Assembly (NCBI RefSeq): GCF_009557235.1
Contig: NZ_CP045650.1
Coordinates: 2,700,001-2,732,000, forward strand
Length of the DNA stretch: 32,000 nt
Source: Acinetobacter wanghuae
GTDB lineage: Bacteria > Pseudomonadota > Gammaproteobacteria > Pseudomonadales > Moraxellaceae
Direction: 5' to 3'
Numbering within the stretch: position 1 is the stretch's first letter; each line of letters begins with the position of its first letter. The position numbers and the translations under genes are program-made. Below, in pieces: positions 27,324 through 32,000 of the stretch. The notes below the pieces were generated by a model. The model saw only the letters and a list, made by a program, of their open reading frames with translations. It searched no databases and was not told the origin of the DNA.

Positions 27324-27937
27324 TGTGTTATTCCAACAAAGTTTGTGCTTGAGTCGAATGTCGTCATTCACTCTGGCGAAATCGTACTGATCGAGAGCGT
27401 GAAATCAGTTATTATTTAAACATATCATAAGTGAAGCATTGGTTTTGAGGCATGGCTTAAAATCATGTCATTCAATCAGAATATGCGATTTGCTGATTTT
27501 TCTAGGCTTGCACGATTCATCTCTATATAAAACTACTATACCGCTAAGCCTAAAGATTAAATACAAAACTTATATGAATATTTTTTACAATTTGCATAAC
27601 TTAAACTTATTATAAAAACTATATTTTCCCTAAAAAAATGATCTAAAACATTTTTAAATATTGTTCTAGCTTCACTTTGCTCAGCGCATGATGTGAACTC
27701 CTAAACAGATTTAATGCCTATCAAATCAGTCAGCGTTAAGAATGACATCTATCACTCTTATCAATTCAAATAGAATATAGCTTTGCATGCATTTGGTTTT
27801 CATCAAGATATGACCAAATTTAGGCTGCTGCATTTAAAATCCTGAAATCACATTATAAGCAGCTTGATTCACCATCTTTCTAGCGAATATTCCAGTTACG
27901 ATTTTAACTCGCAAAGAAAACTTTAATGTGTGGCTTT

Positions 27938-27946
27938 TGATATAAT
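27938..27946 (+). promoter_or_regulatory. extended -10 promoter element upstream of fmt
   Basis: TGATATAAT matches TGnTATAAT exactly and lies about 40 nt upstream of the proposed fmt start. Confidence 0.45.
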
Positions 27947-27985
27947 CGCAAGTTGAATTTAAATGTAACAAGAAGGCAACCAAGT

Positions 27986-28945
27986 TTGAGAATTGTATTT
28001 GCAGGCACACCAGAATTTGCAGCTATTGCATTGGCTGCGCTCATTAACACCAAACACGAGATTGTTGCGGTCTACACCCAACCCGATCGTAAAGCAGGTC
28101 GTGGACAAAAATTAACTGCCTCTGCGGTAAAAGTGTTAGCACTTGAGCATAACATTCCGGTGTATCAACCCTTGCATTTCAAATCTTCGACAGAAGAAGG
28201 TCTTGCAGCACAAGCTGAACTGAAAGCCTTAAATGCCGATGTGATGGTTGTGGCTGCCTACGGTTTAATCTTGCCACAAGTGGTGTTAGATACACCTAAA
28301 TATGGTTGCCTCAATATTCATGGTTCTTTGCTGCCACGTTGGCGTGGTGCTGCACCCATTCAACGTGCCATTGCCACAGGTGATCAAGACACAGGCGTGA
28401 CCATTATGAAAATGGCAGCTGGTCTTGATACTGGCGATATGATGCTGAAAACCATCTGCCCAATTAGTGCCACAGATACCTCTGCAAGCTTGCATGATAA
28501 ACTCGCAGAACAAGGTGCAAGTGCAATTGCGACTGTCTTAGAGAGCGAAGAAACCCTACAACATTATTTAGCGACACGTGAAGTTCAAGATGAAGCTTTG
28601 ACCGTGTATGCGCATAAACTATCTAAAGCTGAAGCTGCCATTGATTGGTCAGTCGATGCAATTCAAATTGACCGTAATATTCGTGCCTTTAATCCTTGGC
28701 CGGTCGCGTTTATCAAACTTGATGAACAAAATAACTTACGTGTGTGGCACTCTGCTGTATCTGAACAAACAGCACCTCATGCGAAAGTCGGTGAAATTCT
28801 TGCCATTGATAAAAACGGCGTGCATGTCGCGTGTGGCAATGGCAGCGTAATTATCTTGACTGCCTTACAATGGCCAGGCGCAAAACCGCTCAACCCTGTA
28901 CAAATTCTACAAACCCAAAAATTGACTATTGGACAAATTTTATAA
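27986..28945 (+). CDS. fmt: methionyl-tRNA formyltransferase
   Basis: The N-terminus (L/M)RIVFAGTPEFA and motif HGSLLPRWRGAAPIQ are diagnostic. The track starts at TTG 27953. The TTG at 27986 is preceded by AGAAGG 9 nt upstream and gives the canonical Fmt N-terminus. Confidence 0.9.
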   Translation: MRIVFAGTPEFAAIALAALINTKHEIVAVYTQPDRKAGRGQKLTASAVKVLALEHNIPVYQPLHFKSSTEEGLAAQAELKALNADVMVVAAYGLILPQVVLDTPKYGCLNIHGSLLPRWRGAAPIQRAIATGDQDTGVTIMKMAAGLDTGDMMLKTICPISATDTSASLHDKLAEQGASAIATVLESEETLQHYLATREVQDEALTVYAHKLSKAEAAIDWSVDAIQIDRNIRAFNPWPVAFIKLDEQNNLRVWHSAVSEQTAPHAKVGEILAIDKNGVHVACGNGSVIILTALQWPGAKPLNPVQILQTQKLTIGQIL

Positions 28946-30252
28946 TGAAGCAATCTCCCAACGCCTCTACCCGAGACCTTAATTTACGTGCTCAGGTGGT
29001 GAAGACGTTATTGGCTGTCCAAAATGGTCAATCACTACAGTCTGTATTGGCACAACACATGAACATTGTGTCTGATAAAGATCGTGCTTTGTATCATGAA
29101 CTTGTACTGGGCTGCTTACGCCAATGGCATGCTTTAAAACAAGTAACATTACCTTTACTGTCTGTTCCTCTTGAAAATGCAGTCGTAGAAACGTGTCTAT
29201 ATGTCGGTCTATACCAACTGCTCTGCACACGTGTTGCTGCGCATGCTGCTATTTCAGAAACAGTAGAAGCCAGTAAACAATTGGGCATGGAAAGTTTAAG
29301 CGGTGTGGTCAATGCGATTTTACGTCGTGCGACGCGTGAAACTGAACAGTTCTACGATGTACTGGAAAATGCATCGAACTTACCAAGCTGGTTGGCAAAA
29401 CGCTTGAAAAAAGATTGGGGCGAGCAATTAGCTGAACTCAGCTATGAACTCAAACAAGTTGCACCTTTGACTTTACGTGTGAATACACGCCAAGTGAGCC
29501 GTGATGAATACCTCGACATCTTAGAAGATGAAGGCATCGATGCACATCGTTGTGAAATTTCTGAAGTCGGTATTGTCATGGATGAAAGTTTACATGTCCC
29601 TAGTCTTCCGGGCTTTGAAGCCGGTGGCTTCTCAGTGCAAGATGAACATGCGCAACTTTGTGCAACTTTACTGCCAAATCTAGATGGTCAGTTTGTTGTC
29701 GATGCGTGTGCAGCACCGGGTGGTAAAACCGCACACATCTTAGAAACTTATGATGTGAAAAAACTGATCGCGCTTGATCAAGATGAAAAACGCTTAAAAC
29801 GTGTGAGTGAAAACTTAGAACGTTTAGTGTTGGATGGTTCTCATGTTGAAATCAAAACTGCTGATGCTGCGACATGGACTGCACCTGAACTTGCTGACTG
29901 TATCGTGCTTGATGCACCTTGTAGTGCGGTAGGTGTATTACGTCGTCATCCAGATATTCGTTTATTACGTCAATCGACAGATATTGCTAAAACCGTCATT
30001 TTACAAAAACAAATTTTGGAAAACATGTGGCAGCAACTCAAAGTCGGCGGCACATTGCTTTACATCACCTGTTCAATTCTAAAAGCTGAAAATGAACAGC
30101 AGATGGTTGAATTCTTTGCCCATCATGCAGATGCTCAAGAAATTAAAATTGAAGCTGATTGGGGCGTAGAGCAAATTCACGGTCGTCAATTGTTCCCACA
30201 ACTCGGTCGTGGCGATGGTTTCTACTATTGCCGTATCCAAAAGATTGCTTAA
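28945..30252 (+). CDS. rsmB: 16S rRNA (cytosine967-C5)-methyltransferase
   Basis: NusB-like N-terminal domain, SAM motif DACAAPGGKT and catalytic TCS (LLYITCS). The ATG at 28945 overlaps the fmt stop as TAATG. The longer track ORF (28831) lies inside fmt. Confidence 0.9.
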   Translation: MKQSPNASTRDLNLRAQVVKTLLAVQNGQSLQSVLAQHMNIVSDKDRALYHELVLGCLRQWHALKQVTLPLLSVPLENAVVETCLYVGLYQLLCTRVAAHAAISETVEASKQLGMESLSGVVNAILRRATRETEQFYDVLENASNLPSWLAKRLKKDWGEQLAELSYELKQVAPLTLRVNTRQVSRDEYLDILEDEGIDAHRCEISEVGIVMDESLHVPSLPGFEAGGFSVQDEHAQLCATLLPNLDGQFVVDACAAPGGKTAHILETYDVKKLIALDQDEKRLKRVSENLERLVLDGSHVEIKTADAATWTAPELADCIVLDAPCSAVGVLRRHPDIRLLRQSTDIAKTVILQKQILENMWQQLKVGGTLLYITCSILKAENEQQMVEFFAHHADAQEIKIEADWGVEQIHGRQLFPQLGRGDGFYYCRIQKIA

Positions 30253-30265
30253 AACATGAAGCACT

Positions 30266-30294
30266 AAAAAAGGAACCCTCGGGTTCCTTTTTTA
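30266..30294. terminator. bidirectional rho-independent terminator
   Basis: AGGAACCC-TC-GGGTTCCT flanked by an A-run and a T-run. It lies between rsmB (+) and the small ORF/NSS operon (-). Confidence 0.8.
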
Positions 30295-30311
30295 TGATCA
30301 ATTCAATGTGA

Positions 30312-30422
30312 TTAATCTTCAACTTCTTCTGGATTTTTGCCCAAGTGGATGATGGCAAGTACCAAGCCACCCCAAAGTAACGTTGTCGACAGAATTAACA
30401 TGATTAATGCTTGTGAGTTCAT
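30312..30422 (-). CDS. 36-aa single-TM protein, candidate MetS-like small subunit of the NSS importer
   Basis: My own translation of the minus strand gives MNSQALIMLILSTTLLWGGLVLAIIHLGKNPEEVED. The ATG lies 1 nt after the transporter stop (TAA-A-ATG), with AGGAG 8 nt upstream inside the transporter 3' end. The ORF is too short for the ORF track. Confidence 0.55.
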   Translation of the reverse strand: MNSQALIMLILSTTLLWGGLVLAIIHLGKNPEEVED

Positions 30423-30423
30423 T

Positions 30424-31914
30424 TTATTTCTCCTGTTCTGATGGGGTTTTGTCTTTCATCATGCTGAAGATTACTGCACCCAAAACAAAGAATGCCAACG
30501 TACCACCGCCCACTAACCACAAAATGCTGGCTGAGTAATCACCATAACCATCGCTCACAATGGATTTAATGGTTAAACCTAAAGCCACAATTAATGACAA
30601 TGGTGTTACCACGGTCAATAAGAAGTCCCAGCTACGACCAAGCTTCAAACTTGCATATTGGTTTACGTGGTCTTTGAGTTGTTTTAACAATGGACGACGG
30701 AACCAAGACACCAAGATGATCGATAACAAACCACCGCCCACAATACCAATGTTATTAGCAAAGTAATCGATAATGTCAACAAAGGTAATTGCACTGTGGC
30801 TCGAGAATAACAAGGTCGACACTACGGCTGAACTACCAGCAACGATGGTTACTGATTTCTTTAATGACCAACCTAATTTGTCTTGGAAGGCTGCAATCGG
30901 TACCTGCAAAATACTCACCATTGAGGTAATACCTGCAACCGTTAACGATGCGAAGAATAAGAAACCAAATAAATCACCACCCGCCCCCATGCTCGAAATA
31001 ATTTTCGGGAACGCAATGAAGGCTAGACCAATACCGCCTGAAACGACATCTTCAACCGATGCACCTGCGCTATGCGCCATAAAGCCAAGCGCTGCGAATA
31101 CACCAATACCGGCTAAAATTTCAAAAGATGAGTTTGCCAATGCAACCACAACCCCAGCCCCTGTCATATTGGTTTTACGCTTCAAATACGATGCGTAAGT
31201 CAACATGATCCCGAAGCCCACCGAGAGTGAGAAGAAGATGTGACCGAAGGCTGCCAACCATACTTTATAGTTGCTCATGGCTTCCCAGTTCGGTGTAAAG
31301 AAGGCATTTAAACCATCCACAGCGCCCGGTAAACGTACGGCTTGAATCACCAATATCGAGAATAAAACCACCAACAATGGCATAAAGATTTTATTAGCAA
31401 GCTCTACCCCACGGCGTACACCACCGTAAAGGATGAACATCACGACTGCCCATACCACAACCAAACCAATGAACAAGGTCGGTACGAAACCAAACTGTAG
31501 TCCTTCGCCATTTTGCAAGTAGGTCGAGAAGAAGAAGCTTTGTGTGTCTGTACCCCATTGCTGACCAACCGAGTAGAACATGTAGCTACCTGCCCACGAT
31601 AATACGCTGGCATAGTAGATCCCGATCACTAAGGTCACCATCACTTGCCACCAACCGAGCGATTCGCTGTTCATCAACTTTTTATACGCTGTCGGTGGTG
31701 CTTTACGGAATTTATGCCCCACTGCATAGTCTAAAAACAGCAATGGTAAACCCGCCGCAAAAATGGCGATTAAATAGGGAATTAAAAATGCCCCGCCGCC
31801 ATTTTCGTAGGCAACATAGGGAAAGCGCCAAATATTGCCCAAGCCAACTGCTGAGCCAATCGCTGCGATAATAAAACCTGATCGTGCAGACCAGTTTTCA
31901 CGAATTTCTGTCAT
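30424..31914 (-). CDS. sodium-dependent NSS (neurotransmitter:sodium symporter) family transporter
   Basis: 496 aa with the hallmark GLGNIWRFPY motif in TM1 and about 11-12 TM helices. Confidence 0.9.
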   Translation of the reverse strand: MTEIRENWSARSGFIIAAIGSAVGLGNIWRFPYVAYENGGGAFLIPYLIAIFAAGLPLLFLDYAVGHKFRKAPPTAYKKLMNSESLGWWQVMVTLVIGIYYASVLSWAGSYMFYSVGQQWGTDTQSFFFSTYLQNGEGLQFGFVPTLFIGLVVVWAVVMFILYGGVRRGVELANKIFMPLLVVLFSILVIQAVRLPGAVDGLNAFFTPNWEAMSNYKVWLAAFGHIFFSLSVGFGIMLTYASYLKRKTNMTGAGVVVALANSSFEILAGIGVFAALGFMAHSAGASVEDVVSGGIGLAFIAFPKIISSMGAGGDLFGFLFFASLTVAGITSMVSILQVPIAAFQDKLGWSLKKSVTIVAGSSAVVSTLLFSSHSAITFVDIIDYFANNIGIVGGGLLSIILVSWFRRPLLKQLKDHVNQYASLKLGRSWDFLLTVVTPLSLIVALGLTIKSIVSDGYGDYSASILWLVGGGTLAFFVLGAVIFSMMKDKTPSEQEK

Positions 31915-32000
31915 AGAACACCTAAACTTTAGGCATCTTTATGTGCCGCTTATTCTGGTTATGTCGCGAGCAAAAAAAGAAGCAATAAAATAATTTTGGG

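Noticed and set aside
27324-27371. 16-codon N-terminal extension of ilvD; similar extensions exist for rsmB (28831-28944), the lipoprotein (6177-6365), the membrane protein (12156-12269), dapB (8308-8331) and the DsbA-like gene (25210-25302)
   Set aside because: In each case an internal start gives the canonical N-terminus or signal peptide and has a better SD. Several of the extensions also overlap neighbouring genes.
27372-27952. Possible def pseudogene or hidden small gene in the ilvD-fmt spacer
   Set aside because: Reading all frames by eye gives only ORFs of 21 codons or fewer, none with an SD. No deformylase motifs (GxGLAAxQ, EGCLS, HExDH) are recoverable, and the composition is far more AT-rich than coding DNA here.
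30143-30370. 75-aa minus-strand ORF spanning the rsmB 3' end and its terminator
   Set aside because: It crosses a strong bidirectional terminator, overlaps rsmB, and is in a different frame from the better-supported 36-codon ORF coupled to the NSS gene.

Overview
The window reads as a largely core, housekeeping stretch of a gammaproteobacterial chromosome. Protein sequences, about 42% G+C and the gene neighbourhood suggest Acinetobacter/Moraxellaceae, but that is inference only. Confident calls are mutY, tag, dapB, dnaJ, ppc, ilvD, fmt and rsmB. Also well supported are a dienelactone hydrolase, a HIT protein, an M23 lipoprotein peptidase, a Zn alcohol dehydrogenase, a MocR-type regulator, two LysR regulators, a TetR-controlled two-gene RND efflux pair, a RutG-like NCS2 permease, a TSUP (TauE/SafE) permease and an NSS sodium symporter. 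I see no rRNA or tRNA genes, CRISPR arrays, IS elements, integrases, phage genes or recognisable defence or toxin modules, and every long ORF is intact. I therefore cannot support a clearly novel multi-gene system here. The best second-look items are: (1) an orphan PchB/AroQ-like chorismate mutase, 17 nt downstream of an internally duplicated, cysteine-less DsbA/HCCA-isomerase-like protein; (2) an unlisted 36-codon ORF 1 nt after the NSS transporter stop that looks like a MetS-type small subunit; (3) a 30-bp palindrome flanked by 13-bp direct repeats in the TetR/RND divergent promoter; (4) an 18-bp perfect palindrome over the predicted -35 of the orphan RutG-like permease; (5) a ~660-bp AT-rich non-coding spacer between ilvD and fmt, with no def gene; (6) a LysR plus paired DUF606 half-transporter module between dapB and dnaJ, and a sigma-32-like promoter on a stand-alone dnaJ. 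Several ORF-track starts appear over-extended and were trimmed using SD sequences and homology logic.
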